From assembly GCA_016699425.1 (NCBI GenBank), contig CP064975.1, forward strand, positions 789,698 through 853,697: a DNA stretch of 64,000 bases, given 5' to 3'. Source of the stretch: Candidatus Moraniibacteriota bacterium (GTDB taxonomy: Bacteria > Patescibacteriota > Minisyncoccia > Moranbacterales > UBA1568). The translations under genes and the position numbers were made by a program. The notes beneath the pieces were generated by a model. The model was not told where the DNA came from. It did no database searches and saw nothing but the letters and a program-made list of their open reading frames with translations. Of this stretch, positions 30,504-40,886 are shown in pieces; the stretch's first letter is position 1; every line of letters starts with the position of its first letter.

Positions 30504-31124
30504 CTATGCTGCTTTCGATCTAAGAATCTTACTCTCTCCATCTTTCACCAAAACGGCCTCGTCGTCAGCCAAAGGAATGAATTGATATTCTTTATACTCT
30601 CTCTGCATTACCTCAAGCTCATCTCTCTGCTCTTCTACGAAGTGAGGCCAGGGCACAAAGTTGACTAACGACAATCCCTCAAACGAAGTTAGTCCAGGCG
30701 CTCTCCCTGGATCATCGGCATCTTTTGCCAGTTCGACCGTGGGTCCCGCGAGAAGTGCGCCCGCACTCGAACCAATGTATACCGCTCCTTCCTGGACTCT
30801 TTTCTTCACAACCTCATTCAGTCCACTCTTTCTTACCTCCTGAAGAAGATAAAAAGTATTCCCTCCGCTAAAGAAAATTACATCTGCTTTACTTATTTTT
30901 GGCATCCACACTTCCTTAGCAACAGAGGCGACATCTATCACTGCTACTTCTTGAAAAATTTTCCGACAAGCTTCAATATCAGCTTGAAGCCAAGGTTTCG
31001 GACCGTCTTCTACGGTTGCAGCTGTATCAATAAAGATCAGGTTCATTTCGCTCGCAGGTCTTGGAAGTGCAGACACGAGAAGATTCAAAGTTTTCGAGGC
31101 AACAGAGGTGAGATAAAGAAGCAT
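30504..31124 (-). CDS. peptidase S51 (PepE-like) / type-1 glutamine amidotransferase-like protein
   Basis: FFSGGNTFYLL and IGSSAGA blocks. Confidence 0.65.
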   Translation of the reverse strand: MLLYLTSVASKTLNLLVSALPRPASEMNLIFIDTAATVEDGPKPWLQADIEACRKIFQEVAVIDVASVAKEVWMPKISKADVIFFSGGNTFYLLQEVRKSGLNEVVKKRVQEGAVYIGSSAGALLAGPTVELAKDADDPGRAPGLTSFEGLSLVNFVPWPHFVEEQRDELEVMQREYKEYQFIPLADDEAVLVKDGESKILRSKAA

Positions 31125-31244
31125 AAATAGTCGTTAATCTTACGCCAGTATACCAGGTCCGAATGTCATATCCGGAGTACGAAAAAGAGGCTCAGATAAG
31201 CCTCGGATTTCGGTGCTCCCATCGATGGAAGAATCTGGACTCGA

Positions 31245-31580
31245 TTATTTCGGCGCATTTAAATCGTTAAGCATGGCCTTGAGCAGCTGCTGTGTATCGT
31301 CTTGTGTTTTACCTACTTTCAATAATATTTTTCCTAAATAATCCAAACCTCCCCCAACCACCACTTGGTTATAAGATGTTGTATCGCCAAATGGACCAGG
31401 GCCAGCTCCTTTTTTGGCAAGACTAATAATATCCTGGACATCCTCGATTTCTTCCGATGTGAGAGAATTGGCATGTGCCATTATTGACTCCAACACCAAT
31501 TCTATATGGCGATGCCTATTAGGCACAGCCTCTTTCTCTTTAATCTCTTTTTGATGGAACTCTGGAGTCTCTGGACCCAT
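31245..31580 (-). CDS. hypothetical protein
   Basis: 111-aa ORF. Confidence 0.4.
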   Translation of the reverse strand: MGPETPEFHQKEIKEKEAVPNRHRHIELVLESIMAHANSLTSEEIEDVQDIISLAKKGAGPGPFGDTTSYNQVVVGGGLDYLGKILLKVGKTQDDTQQLLKAMLNDLNAPK

Positions 31581-31733
31581 ATGTTTTGAATATTATCATG
31601 GGTTCTTAACCTTCTCTCGGAGGTACAAAAAAGAACTTCAAATAAGCCTCTATTTTAACTGCTCCGCCTGATTGCCAGCACGAGAACCTCTCTACAAGAG
31701 GAAGCTTTTTTACCCAGGATTAGTAGCTGGACT

Positions 31734-32168
31734 TTATTCCTCAATCATTGAGCCGCCAGCTCGCAGCACTTCAGCCGCGCCAGTGGTGAGCTCGATGTCC
31801 TTGCCGATGACGAGTTTCTTGGTGAGCTTGCCCGTGTTGACGATTTTCACGCCGGCGCGACGGACGACTTTGCCAAAGATTTTCTTCTCGACAAACGCAT
31901 CGCGCGTCACCTTCTCGCCATCCTGGAAATGTTTCTCGAGACGATCCAATGTCACGGTGAAGAGCTTCTGATAAACCGACTTGAACCCGCGAAGTTTCTT
32001 CATCCGTTCGACGAGCGAAGAGCGACCACCTTCAAAGAGTGGATCTTTCTTCTTACCATGTGCGCCCTGGCCTTTGGTCCCGCGACCAGCGGTCGTGCCG
32101 CGTTTCCCTCCGCGACCAATGCGTTGTGTCTTCTTCCGCGGGGCGAGTTGTAATTCGTGGATCTGCAT
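31734..32168 (-). CDS. rplO: 50S ribosomal protein L15
   Basis: KKTQRIGRGGKRGTTAGRGTKGQ. Confidence 0.9.
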   Translation of the reverse strand: MQIHELQLAPRKKTQRIGRGGKRGTTAGRGTKGQGAHGKKKDPLFEGGRSSLVERMKKLRGFKSVYQKLFTVTLDRLEKHFQDGEKVTRDAFVEKKIFGKVVRRAGVKIVNTGKLTKKLVIGKDIELTTGAAEVLRAGGSMIEE

Positions 32169-32177
32169 AGGAGTATC

Positions 32178-32768
32178 TTAGGCGGCGACTTCCGCTGGGC
32201 TAACTTTTTCTTTGACTTCTTTGACCTCCGACTTGGCTTCGACGGCTTTTTCCGCCACAACTTCTTCTGGCTTGGTGCGGAGCTTCTGGAGGGCGAGGAG
32301 TGTTGCCTGAGCAACATTCAGATTATTGGAGCTCCCGAGACTCTTGGCGATGATGTCTTTTGCTCCAAGAAGATCCATAACCGCTCGTACGGCACCTCCG
32401 GCGATGAGCCCACGACCAGCTGTGGCGGGTTTGAGAAGCACCTTGGCACTCCCGTACTTGGCATTCACATCGTGCGCGATCGAGCTCCCTGTAAGCTGGA
32501 CTGTGATCATGCTCTTCTTCGCGGCCTGGAAGGCTTTCTGGATCGCATCCGAGACATCGCTCCCTTTGGCGACACCGACACCGACTTTGCCTTTGCGATT
32601 GCCGATGACGAGGGTCGCGCGGAAACGGAAACGCCGTCCGCCCTTCACGACACGCGTTACGCGCGCGAGATTGAGCATTTTCTGATCGTACTCCGGTCGT
32701 TCACGGCGCTGTCCCCGTGGTCCACCGCGACGTGGCCGCCCACCCTTCGATTGTTCATTTGTCGCCAT
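32178..32768 (-). CDS. rpsE: 30S ribosomal protein S5
   Basis: VVKGGRRFRFRATLVIGNRKGKVGVG. Confidence 0.9.
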   Translation of the reverse strand: MATNEQSKGGRPRRGGPRGQRRERPEYDQKMLNLARVTRVVKGGRRFRFRATLVIGNRKGKVGVGVAKGSDVSDAIQKAFQAAKKSMITVQLTGSSIAHDVNAKYGSAKVLLKPATAGRGLIAGGAVRAVMDLLGAKDIIAKSLGSSNNLNVAQATLLALQKLRTKPEEVVAEKAVEAKSEVKEVKEKVSPAEVAA

Positions 32769-32803
32769 AGAGCGTGATTATAGAGCGTTTACGTATTCAA
32801 AAC

Positions 32804-33160
32804 TTACATGGTAATGCCTGCTCCTCGCACGGCTTCAGCGACAGCCTTCACCTTGCCATGATAGAGGTAGCCGGCCCGATCGAACACCGCCGCCTTCACA
32901 CCGAGCTTGACCAGACGTTCACCGAGAAGCTTACCGATCGCGCTCGCCTCAGCGACGGTATTCTTTCGCTTCTTACCGAGCTCGAGGAAATTGGCCTGAG
33001 CCAGGGTCTTACCCGCCTGGTCATCGATGGCTTGTACAGAGACGCCTCGGAGACTACGATGGACAGCAACCCGCGGACACGCTGGCGTACCGATTATCTT
33101 CGATCGAACTCTGACATGCCGCCGGATGCGCTTTTCGATTTTGTTCTGTAGCTTCTTCAT
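32804..33160 (-). CDS. rplR: 50S ribosomal protein L18
   Basis: RVAVHRSLRGVSVQ...AAVFDRAGYLYHGKVKA. Confidence 0.9.
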   Translation of the reverse strand: MKKLQNKIEKRIRRHVRVRSKIIGTPACPRVAVHRSLRGVSVQAIDDQAGKTLAQANFLELGKKRKNTVAEASAIGKLLGERLVKLGVKAAVFDRAGYLYHGKVKAVAEAVRGAGITM

Positions 33161-33176
33161 AAAGTTTCATTCTCAA

Positions 33177-33713
33177 TTAGGCCGCGGCTTTCTTGCCTTC
33201 TTTGTGCCGCACCTGCTCACCGACATAGCGGAAGCCTTTGCCCTTATACGGTTCGACGGGTTTGAGCTTCTTCACCACTGCGGCAAATTGTCCGACTTTC
33301 TGCTTGTCGAGGCCCGTTATCGTGAGCACATTATTCTCGATTTTCACTTCGAGACCATCTGGCACCTCCATCACCACAGGGTGAGAGAAACCCAGCGCAA
33401 GGGTCAGTTTCTTGCCAGCGGCCGTCATGCGATAGCCGACGCCATTGAGCTCCAACGCTCGAGAGAATCCAGTCGTCACACCTTCGAAGAGGTTCTTCAC
33501 GAGCTTGGCCATCGTCCCCCACATAGCGAGAGCCTGAAGTGAACTCCCCTTCTTCTCGATCGTGATCTGGCCGTCCGCGATCGTGATCGAGACGTCGAGC
33601 GTATGCGTCAGAGACAGCGTGCCCTTCGGACCCTTCACGGTCAACACGTTTGCGTGCAGTGAGGCTTCGCAATTGGCCGGGATCTGAAATGGCTTTTTTC
33701 CGATTCTACTCAT
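33177..33713 (-). CDS. rplF: 50S ribosomal protein L6
   Basis: MSRIGKKPFQIP. Confidence 0.9.
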   Translation of the reverse strand: MSRIGKKPFQIPANCEASLHANVLTVKGPKGTLSLTHTLDVSITIADGQITIEKKGSSLQALAMWGTMAKLVKNLFEGVTTGFSRALELNGVGYRMTAAGKKLTLALGFSHPVVMEVPDGLEVKIENNVLTITGLDKQKVGQFAAVVKKLKPVEPYKGKGFRYVGEQVRHKEGKKAAA

Positions 33714-33723
33714 AGTCGTGATA

Positions 33724-34128
33724 TTACCAGGCTTGGCAGATATATTCCCCTCCGAGTCGGCGCTTGTGCGCTGCGAGTCCAGTCATGAGTCCCTGAGAGG
33801 TCGAGATGATCGAGATGCCATAGCCGTTCTTCACTTTGACAACCTCATTCTGCTTCACATAGACACGGCGGCCCTCCTTGCTGATCCGCTCAATTTCCTG
33901 GATGGCCGGCTCACGCTTCGTGAGCGAAACCTGGCGATACTTCAAGCCGATGACCAGAGTCTTTCGGATGCCCTCTTCAATCACCTCCACGCTCTCGACA
34001 AAGCCTTCCGCCTTGAGAATCTCGGCGATCGCCAGTTTCATTCGGGAAGCCGGAAGAGCAACGCTCGGATGGCCGGCGCGCTGGGCATTCCTGATTCGAG
34101 TAAGCATTTCTGCGATTGGGTCTAACAT
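33724..34128 (-). CDS. rpsH: 30S ribosomal protein S8
   Basis: DPIAEMLTRIRNA. Confidence 0.9.
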   Translation of the reverse strand: MLDPIAEMLTRIRNAQRAGHPSVALPASRMKLAIAEILKAEGFVESVEVIEEGIRKTLVIGLKYRQVSLTKREPAIQEIERISKEGRRVYVKQNEVVKVKNGYGISIISTSQGLMTGLAAHKRRLGGEYICQAW

Positions 34129-34158
34129 AATCGAGTGTGATGTTTGAGGATCTCGTAA

Positions 34159-34344
34159 TTACCACGATGACTTCCGAACGCCTGGTATCTCGCCTTTGCT
34201 CGCGAGCTCACGGAAGCAGATGCGGCAGATATCGTACGCCCGGAGATACCCATGCTTCCGGCCACAGCGCCAGCAACGCCGCACGATCCGAGTCGAGAAC
34301 TTCGGCGTCTTCTGAGAGCGAGCGTAGGTCGATGTTTTTGCCAT
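34159..34344 (-). CDS. rpsZ: 30S ribosomal protein S14 type Z (zinc-binding)
   Basis: 61-aa [13 protein letters not shown]...[23 protein letters not shown]; ATG at 34344 within longer track ORF. Confidence 0.85.
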   Translation of the reverse strand: MAKTSTYARSQKTPKFSTRIVRRCWRCGRKHGYLRAYDICRICFRELASKGEIPGVRKSSW

Positions 34345-34355
34345 ATGCTTCGTGT

Positions 34356-34919
34356 TTAGTGTGAGGCTTCTTGGGTAACCGTCTGGAGTGGGAGACCGAG
34401 GGCACGGAACAGACATTCGCCAGCTGTTTTGTCTTTGGCGGTCGTGACAATCGTGACTTGGAAGCTGAAAACGGTCTGGACTTTTTCCGGAATGATTTCT
34501 GGGAAGACCATGTGTTCTTTGATACCGATATTGCAATTGCCATAGGTATCGACCGATCGGAGTGTGATGCCCTGGAAATCACGCACGCGCGGCAGGGCCA
34601 CATGGACGAGCCGGTCGAGGAAGTCCCACATCCGCTTGCCGCGTATGGTCACACGCATCCCGACTTCGAGCTCTTCACGGATCTTGAACCCGGCGATGGC
34701 CTTGCGCGCCTTGGTCGCGACGACCTTCTGCCCGGTGATCATCTCGAGTGACGAACGAATCTCTTCGATCCGGTTCGCCTCCTTGAGGAACTTGCCGACG
34801 CCCACGTTCACGACCACCCGGTCGATTTTCGGGAGTGCATTCGGATTCTCCGTTTTGAGGAGCTGCTTCAGCGCCGGGAGAGCCTTCTGTTCGTAATTTT
34901 TCTTGGTGAGGGATGACAT
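34356..34919 (-). CDS. rplE: 50S ribosomal protein L5
   Basis: conserved L5 blocks. Confidence 0.9.
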   Translation of the reverse strand: MSSLTKKNYEQKALPALKQLLKTENPNALPKIDRVVVNVGVGKFLKEANRIEEIRSSLEMITGQKVVATKARKAIAGFKIREELEVGMRVTIRGKRMWDFLDRLVHVALPRVRDFQGITLRSVDTYGNCNIGIKEHMVFPEIIPEKVQTVFSFQVTIVTTAKDKTAGECLFRALGLPLQTVTQEASH

Positions 34920-34923
34920 ATCG

Positions 34924-35232
34924 CTAGTTCAAATCTTTGCCGGATTTCTTACTGACGCGGACTTTCTCGGTGCCACTGACCCGGTACCCGACACGCGATG
35001 GCTTGCCAGTCTCCGGGTCAACGAGCATGACATTCGAGACATGGATCGGCATCGCCAGTTCCACACGCTCACCCTTTTCACCCGCTGTCTTAGCCTTGCG
35101 ATGACGCTTGCCCATATTCGCTCCTTCGACGATGACCTTATCGAGCGTCGGAAACACGCGAGACACGGTGCCACGCTTGCCCCGGTCCTTGCCGGCTATT
35201 ACTTGCACTTGGTCGCCTTTCTTGATCTTCAT
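34924..35232 (-). CDS. rplX: 50S ribosomal protein L24
   Basis: MKIKKGDQVQVIAGKDRGKRG; start at 35232. Confidence 0.85.
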   Translation of the reverse strand: MKIKKGDQVQVIAGKDRGKRGTVSRVFPTLDKVIVEGANMGKRHRKAKTAGEKGERVELAMPIHVSNVMLVDPETGKPSRVGYRVSGTEKVRVSKKSGKDLN

Positions 35233-35236
35233 AACC

Positions 35237-35608
35237 TTAGAGTACTTCAGGAGCGAGTGAGACGATTTTTGCGAATCCCTTTTCGCGCAGTTCACGGGCA
35301 ATCGGTCCGAAGATACGGGAACCCTTCGGATCCTGCGTCGTGCCTTCGAGGATGACGGCCGCGTTCTCATCGAAACGGATATAGGAGTTGTCCTTGCGAC
35401 GATGGGCGGTCCGCTGGCGGACGATGACTGCCTTTACCTTGTCACCCTTCTTCACGAGACCACGCGGCTCCGCGACTTTGACCGAGGCCACCACGATATC
35501 GCCGAGACCAGCATACCGGCGGCGTGTGCCACCGAGCACCTTGAAGCACTCGATGACTCGGGCCCCGGAGTTGTCTGCGACGATCAGTCTGGATTCTGCT
35601 TGGATCAT
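35237..35608 (-). CDS. rplN: 50S ribosomal protein L14
   Basis: [17 protein letters not shown]. Confidence 0.9.
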   Translation of the reverse strand: MIQAESRLIVADNSGARVIECFKVLGGTRRRYAGLGDIVVASVKVAEPRGLVKKGDKVKAVIVRQRTAHRRKDNSYIRFDENAAVILEGTTQDPKGSRIFGPIARELREKGFAKIVSLAPEVL

Positions 35609-35628
35609 AGTCTAGTCTCAGGGAGCAT

Positions 35629-35889
35629 TTATTCAGCAATGACGATATGGTGTTTCTCTTTCGAAAGCGGGCGGCACTCGCGAAATGTCACCACCGTACC
35701 GAGCGCGTATTCCTTACCCTCCGTTTCCACCTTGTAGCGCTTCGTTGCTTGGTACTGTTTCTTATATTTCGGGTGCGTCTTGAGGGTCTCAACAGCGACC
35801 ACCACCGTGTTCTTCATGCGATTCGAAACCACCGTGCCTTTCCAGGTCGGGGTATTCTTCTGCTTACTGGTGTTCGGTGCTGTCGTCAT
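35629..35889 (-). CDS. rpsQ: 30S ribosomal protein S17
   Basis: GTVVSNRMKNTVVVAVE. Confidence 0.9.
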   Translation of the reverse strand: MTTAPNTSKQKNTPTWKGTVVSNRMKNTVVVAVETLKTHPKYKKQYQATKRYKVETEGKEYALGTVVTFRECRPLSKEKHHIVIAE

Positions 35890-35911
35890 ACACTTGTTAC
35901 ATTCATCGGGC

Positions 35912-36109
35912 TTAATCTTGTTTCATGCCTTCTTCACGCTCGAGCGTCAGGAGCCGGGCGATATCGCGCCGCGTTTTCCGATGCTCGCTGTGCTGCTTCG
36001 AAGCGCGTGTCGCGAGATCGAAACGGAGCACTCGCAGGCGATCACGGAGCTCGAGCAAGGTCTTCTCGCGCTCACCGACTGTTTTTTCCCGCCATTCTTT
36101 CGCTTTCAT
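35912..36109 (-). CDS. rpmC: 50S ribosomal protein L29
   Basis: [10 protein letters not shown]...; alternative start 36130. Confidence 0.8.
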   Translation of the reverse strand: MKAKEWREKTVGEREKTLLELRDRLRVLRFDLATRASKQHSEHRKTRRDIARLLTLEREEGMKQD

Positions 36110-36113
36110 ACGC

Positions 36114-36530
36114 TTATTCTTTGACAACAAATCGGCTCTTCACAGACAGTTTGTGGGCTGCGAGCCGCATCGCCTCAGCCGCTGTAGTTTTCGAGACACC
36201 ATCGAGCTCAAAGAGCATCCGACCAGCCGAAACCTTGGCCGCAAAATGGTCCGGCGTCCCCTTCCCCTTCCCCATCGGGACCTGCTCGCCCTTCTTGGTA
36301 ATCGGCTTATCTGGGAAAATACGGATCCAGACCTTGCCACCGCGCTGAATGAACCGGGTCATAGCCCGCCGCGCCGCTTCAATCTGACGAGCCGAGATGA
36401 TACCGCCCTCAGTCGCCTTCAGCCCGAAAGCGCCAAAGCTAATCTTGTCGCCACGCGACGCCACCGTACCAACGGGATTGTATCCGCGTTGGACTTTTCG
36501 GTGCTTCACTTTTCGGGGCATGAGGTTCAT
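36114..36530 (-). CDS. rplP: 50S ribosomal protein L16
   Basis: [13 protein letters not shown]. Confidence 0.9.
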   Translation of the reverse strand: MNLMPRKVKHRKVQRGYNPVGTVASRGDKISFGAFGLKATEGGIISARQIEAARRAMTRFIQRGGKVWIRIFPDKPITKKGEQVPMGKGKGTPDHFAAKVSAGRMLFELDGVSKTTAAEAMRLAAHKLSVKSRFVVKE

Positions 36531-36554
36531 AGCCGTCTTCTTCTGGTATCGAGA

Positions 36555-37224
36555 TTATTCTTCGGTCTTTTCCTTTTCTTCAAACTTCTCTCCCTTGTAA
36601 ATCCAAACCTTCACACCGATGACACCATAGGTTGTCCGTGCTTCATAGCGAGCGAAATCCACTTCAGAACGGAGCGTATGGAGCGGGATTTTCCCGCGGG
36701 ACAGCCACTCACGTCGGGACATCTCGGCACCACCCAGCCGGCCCGCGATTTCGATCTTTACGCCGAGGATAGCTTTGTTCGCTTCGACCTGGTCGAGCGT
36801 GCCCTTCAGGACGCGGCGAAACGGGGTGCGTTTCTCGAGCTGCTCCGCCACCTGCTGAGCGACAAGCATCGCGCTCTCTTCCATATACTTCACTTCCTGG
36901 ACTTCGACTTTGAGGTCGACTTTCTTGCCGGCAAAGAAACGCTTGCGGAGAACCCGGGTGAGGTCCTCAATCCCGGTACCACCGCGGCCGATGAGGACGC
37001 CCGGACGAGACGTCCGGATGATCAGCTTCATCATGCCCGTGGATCGCTCGATCTCAACTGAAGCGATGGCCGCGCTCTTCCACTGCCTCTGGATGAACGC
37101 TGCGCATCTCGACATCCTTCCGGAGATTGGTGCGGAGGCTCTTCTTGCTATCGGCAAACCAGCGTGACTGCCAGTCAGCGGTGATGCCGAGTCGAATTCC
37201 AGTTGGATTGGTCTTGTTTCCCAT
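36555..37224 (-). CDS. rpsC: 30S ribosomal protein S3 with apparent +1 frameshift near 37101
   Basis: ATG 37224 gives [41 protein letters not shown] then stops at 37054; rest of S3 ([19 protein letters not shown]...[13 protein letters not shown]) is in the +1 frame (track ORF 36555..37157). Confidence 0.8.
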
Positions 37225-37229
37225 AGCGC

Positions 37230-37682
37230 TTAGGCTTGCTTGTTTTCAGACTTCTTAACAGTTGTTGGTTTCTTGGCGGTCATCGTCGAAGTTTTGGCGA
37301 CCTTCTTCACTACTGCTTTCTTCGCGACAGCTTTCACCGACGCCTTCGGAGCACGCTCATCCAGGATGATATGGATTTTCGATGTCCGACGGAGGATCGG
37401 TGTCGCCTGACCAAATGCCTTTGGTGTGAAGCGCTTTAGCCGAGTACCGTCGAGCACACGGACTTCTTTCACGTACAGAGCCTCTTCGGCGAGTTTAAAA
37501 TTGTTCTTCGCGTTGGCGATGGCGCTCTTCAGAAGCACAGTAATCGGCTGAGAGCTCCGCTTCACCTGTCGACGGAGCTGGACGAGCGCCGCCGCGACAG
37601 GCAACCCCACAATCGAGTGGGTGACCAATCGCACCTTGCGAGGGGCGATGCGCAGATTGTTCAGCTTGGCTACAACGCGCAT
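37230..37682 (-). CDS. rplV: 50S ribosomal protein L22 (C-terminal Lys/Ala-rich extension)
   Basis: conserved L22 core. Confidence 0.9.
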   Translation of the reverse strand: MRVVAKLNNLRIAPRKVRLVTHSIVGLPVAAALVQLRRQVKRSSQPITVLLKSAIANAKNNFKLAEEALYVKEVRVLDGTRLKRFTPKAFGQATPILRRTSKIHIILDERAPKASVKAVAKKAVVKKVAKTSTMTAKKPTTVKKSENKQA

Positions 37683-37692
37683 AGAGTCTCAG

Positions 37693-38028
37693 TTATTTCT
37701 TGTCAGAACTTTTGGCGGCCTTCGCAGCATCGAGTTCACGTTGCTTGCCAGCGAGCTCGATTTCCTTCTGCATCTTGCCACCGTGGCGAGAGAACTTCCG
37801 CGTTGAAGAAAACTCGCCCAGCCGATGACCAACCATTTCTTCAGTCGCCAGCACGGGAATGAAGTCCTTGCCATTGTGAACACCAAAGGTAAAGCCTACC
37901 ATCTCAGGCGCGATGATGCAAGCACGCGACCAGGTCTTGATGACCGTGCGGTCGCCGTGTTTCCGTCCTTCGAGCTTCTTCAAGACTCTCGGGTCGACGT
38001 ATGGTCCTTTTTTGAGACTGCGTGACAT
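37693..38028 (-). CDS. rpsS: 30S ribosomal protein S19
   Basis: [12 protein letters not shown]...[13 protein letters not shown]. Confidence 0.9.
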   Translation of the reverse strand: MSRSLKKGPYVDPRVLKKLEGRKHGDRTVIKTWSRACIIAPEMVGFTFGVHNGKDFIPVLATEEMVGHRLGEFSSTRKFSRHGGKMQKEIELAGKQRELDAAKAAKSSDKK

Positions 38029-38131
38029 AATTCTTGACTATCTACCAACAACCGACAACTGACGACAATGCTCCTCTCTGGATGACTCGGGCATTACGGT
38101 GAGTTGTAGGTTGTCGGTTGTATGTCGTTAG

Positions 38132-38959
38132 TTATTTCTTATTGCGGCGGCGAATGATGTACTGGTTGCTACGGTGCTTACGTTTGCGAGTTTTCTTACC
38201 GAGTGCCGGCTTCCCCCATGGTGTCTTCGGGTGCATACCAAGCGGCTGCCGACCTTCACCACCACCGTGCGGGTGATCGACCGGGTTCATGGCCGTACCC
38301 CGGACTGTCGGACGACGGTTCATGTGACGGGCGCGACCCGCCTTGCCGATACGCTCGGCACTGTGTTCAAAATTACTCACCTGGCCGATTGTCGCATAGC
38401 AGTCCTTTGGAACGAGACGGACCTCGCTCGAGGACAGTTTCACCTGCGCCATCGGTCCATCGAGCGCCATGAGGGTCGCCTGGGAACCAGCACTCCGGAC
38501 GATCTGTCCGCCCTTGCCGCGCTGCATTTCGATATTGCAGATGGTCGTACCAGCAGGAATATTGGAAAGCAGAAGTCGATTTCCAGGCGCGACCGGCGCT
38601 TCCGGACCCGACACAACCGTCTGCCCAGCTCGCATATCATGTGTCGCAAGGATATAGCGCTTTTCTCCGTCTGCATAGGTGAGAAGGGCAATCAAGGCCG
38701 AGCGATTTGGATCTTTCTCGATCGAGGCGATCTTTGCCGGGATACCGTGCTTGTCCTGCTTGAAATCGATCATGCGGTAGCGCCGTTTGGCTCCCCCGCC
38801 CTGGTGACGGACAGAAATTTTTCCGAGCGAGCGACCGGCTTTCTTCGGCAACGGGGCCAGCAATGTCTTTTCCGGTTTCTTGTCCGTCAAAGCATCCGGC
38901 TTCACGACTGACATGAAGCGGCGACCAGCAGTATTCTTTTTGTAGATCTTGATGGCCAT
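38132..38959 (-). CDS. rplB: 50S ribosomal protein L2
   Basis: [14 protein letters not shown]...HGGGEGR. Confidence 0.9.
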   Translation of the reverse strand: MAIKIYKKNTAGRRFMSVVKPDALTDKKPEKTLLAPLPKKAGRSLGKISVRHQGGGAKRRYRMIDFKQDKHGIPAKIASIEKDPNRSALIALLTYADGEKRYILATHDMRAGQTVVSGPEAPVAPGNRLLLSNIPAGTTICNIEMQRGKGGQIVRSAGSQATLMALDGPMAQVKLSSSEVRLVPKDCYATIGQVSNFEHSAERIGKAGRARHMNRRPTVRGTAMNPVDHPHGGGEGRQPLGMHPKTPWGKPALGKKTRKRKHRSNQYIIRRRNKK

Positions 38960-38963
38960 AGTC

Positions 38964-39305
38964 TTAGATACCGGCTTGGAATAACTGGATTGATTCGCCC
39001 TTCTTGAGCCGGACGAGCGCTTTTTTCACCGAACTCCGCTGACCGACCGTTCGGCCGAGGTTTTTACGCTTGCCCGGAAGGCGCACCATATTCACAGCGA
39101 TGACTGTGACACCATAGGCTTCCTCGACCGCCCGTTTCACCTCAGTCTTGGTCGCCGCACTTGCCACCTGGAATACATACTGGTCGAGCGCGTTCACAGC
39201 ATATGCCTTTTCGGTGATGCGTGGACGAAGCAATACGCGCGTCGCCAAGGACGAGAGTTGCTTCTCGACTTTCATTTCTTTGGTTGCGGTCGGTTTCGTA
39301 GCCAT
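38964..39305 (-). CDS. rplW: 50S ribosomal protein L23
   Basis: start at ATG 39305 (MATKPT...) downstream of rplD stop. Confidence 0.85.
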   Translation of the reverse strand: MATKPTATKEMKVEKQLSSLATRVLLRPRITEKAYAVNALDQYVFQVASAATKTEVKRAVEEAYGVTVIAVNMVRLPGKRKNLGRTVGQRSSVKKALVRLKKGESIQLFQAGI

Positions 39306-39309
39306 ACGA

Positions 39310-39951
39310 TTATTTCTTCCAGCTCTTGAAGCGAGTATCAATTTCCATGAGCGCATTCTTGCTCATGAGCACGTACTCAGCCGAGAGGAGGTGCAGGACA
39401 TTCAGGTCGGGATTGTGAACGACGGTAGCGGTCGGGATGTTGCGTATCGCACGCCCCTCGGACTGTTCAGCGGTCATGAGGCTCACGACGACTTTGCGTG
39501 GATTGATGGCGAGTGCGTCCAGCGCCGTATTGAAGGCCTGTGTCTTCTGGTTGGCGACAGCGAGCGTGTCTGCCACGACAAGTTTTCCGGTGCGAAGCTT
39601 TTCCGACAAAGCGATGAGGACGGCTTTCTGGCGCATCTTTTGGCTGACTTCACGGTAGAAATTCCGCTCATTCGTCGGTCCGTGGGTGACGCCACCTTTG
39701 CGCCAGAGCGGACTCCGGACGGAACCGGCCCGAGCACGCCCCGTTCCCTTCTGTTTCCATGGCTTCTTGCCAGTCCCCGCACGTTCGCTCCGGTCCTTGG
39801 TATGGGCGATAGTGCTCCGGAGATTGCCCATGAGGACGGTGAAAACTTGGTGAACGAGCGCATCATTGCGCTTCACATCAAAGATCCGGTCGTCGAGCTC
39901 AATCGTTTCGACATCCTGTCCGGCTAAGTTTTTGACAGTGATCTTGGACAT
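39310..39951 (-). CDS. rplD: 50S ribosomal protein L4
   Basis: conserved L4 blocks. Confidence 0.9.
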   Translation of the reverse strand: MSKITVKNLAGQDVETIELDDRIFDVKRNDALVHQVFTVLMGNLRSTIAHTKDRSERAGTGKKPWKQKGTGRARAGSVRSPLWRKGGVTHGPTNERNFYREVSQKMRQKAVLIALSEKLRTGKLVVADTLAVANQKTQAFNTALDALAINPRKVVVSLMTAEQSEGRAIRNIPTATVVHNPDLNVLHLLSAEYVLMSKNALMEIDTRFKSWKK

Positions 39952-39959
39952 AAGGTCAG

Positions 39960-40559
39960 TTATTTGGCGCTGCGGATTTCAACGATACGACCCGTTACCC
40001 CGGGCACCGCGCCGCGAACACCGAGAATACCCTTCTCCTCATCAATGAAATCAACAACGAGATTCTTCACGGTGAATCGATCTGCACCCATCCGTCCCGC
40101 CATGCGGCGGCCCTTGATGACGTGCTCCGGAAATGTCGCCCCGATTGATCCGGGCTTCCGCAGGTCATGCTTGCCACCATGACTCCCGCGACCCCCTGCA
40201 AAACCGTGACGCTTCACGACACCCTGGAAACCTTTGGCCTTGGTAATGCCCGAGATATGAACCTTCTCACCGACAACAAACTGAGCAACCGTGAGAGTTG
40301 AGGCAACCGCGAGCGACTCAAGTGTCTTCACTGCTTCTTCCTCGGTTGTGTCGTTGAGATCGAGGCGGAACTCACGGGCCGTCATGACTTTCTTGGTCTT
40401 GGGATGGGAAAGCTGGACGGCGACATAGCCGTTCTTCTCAGTCGTCCGATGCAGCGCGATAGTGTTCGGTTCGCACTCGATCAGAGTCACGTTCAACGCT
40501 CCCTTGGCTTCATCAAAGAGTGTCGTCATGCCAAGTTTTTTCCCCAAAAGACACTTCAT
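39960..40559 (-). CDS. rplC: 50S ribosomal protein L3
   Basis: start at MKCLLGKKLGMTTLF (40559). Confidence 0.85.
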   Translation of the reverse strand: MKCLLGKKLGMTTLFDEAKGALNVTLIECEPNTIALHRTTEKNGYVAVQLSHPKTKKVMTAREFRLDLNDTTEEEAVKTLESLAVASTLTVAQFVVGEKVHISGITKAKGFQGVVKRHGFAGGRGSHGGKHDLRKPGSIGATFPEHVIKGRRMAGRMGADRFTVKNLVVDFIDEEKGILGVRGAVPGVTGRIVEIRSAK

Positions 40560-40886
40560 ATGATTCGCTCGTGACTTACTTTCTGATTTCAACAAAAAAA
40601 CTGGATCGCCGTCCACGCGTGCCAGTTCCTGTCTGGCTCGCTTAGTATCCCCGCCCGCAACGCTTCGCGTAGCGATGCGGACGGACCACATCTGACTACA
40701 CTTAGCTTACGCGTCCATCACTCTATGGACAGGGACTTGAACGAGTACCTCACTATTTTCTTTAAAATCCTTGTTTCTGGATGGGCTGCGCAAAGCCACC
40801 GAGGAACCGAGCAAGGTGTATAAGAATACATCGAGCTCGGGCCGGAGATGAAGCGAAAGCAGATCGCCAGAAACAAGGATTTTAAA

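Noticed and set aside
35647-37061. Long plus-strand ORFs (233 aa and 378 aa) antisense to the ribosomal protein operon
   Set aside because: They overlap the well-supported minus-strand rplN-rpsC genes. Arg/Ser-rich low-complexity translations are typical of antisense frames in GC-rich coding DNA.
38174-38911. 245-aa plus-strand ORF
   Set aside because: Entirely antisense to rplB, whose identity is unambiguous.
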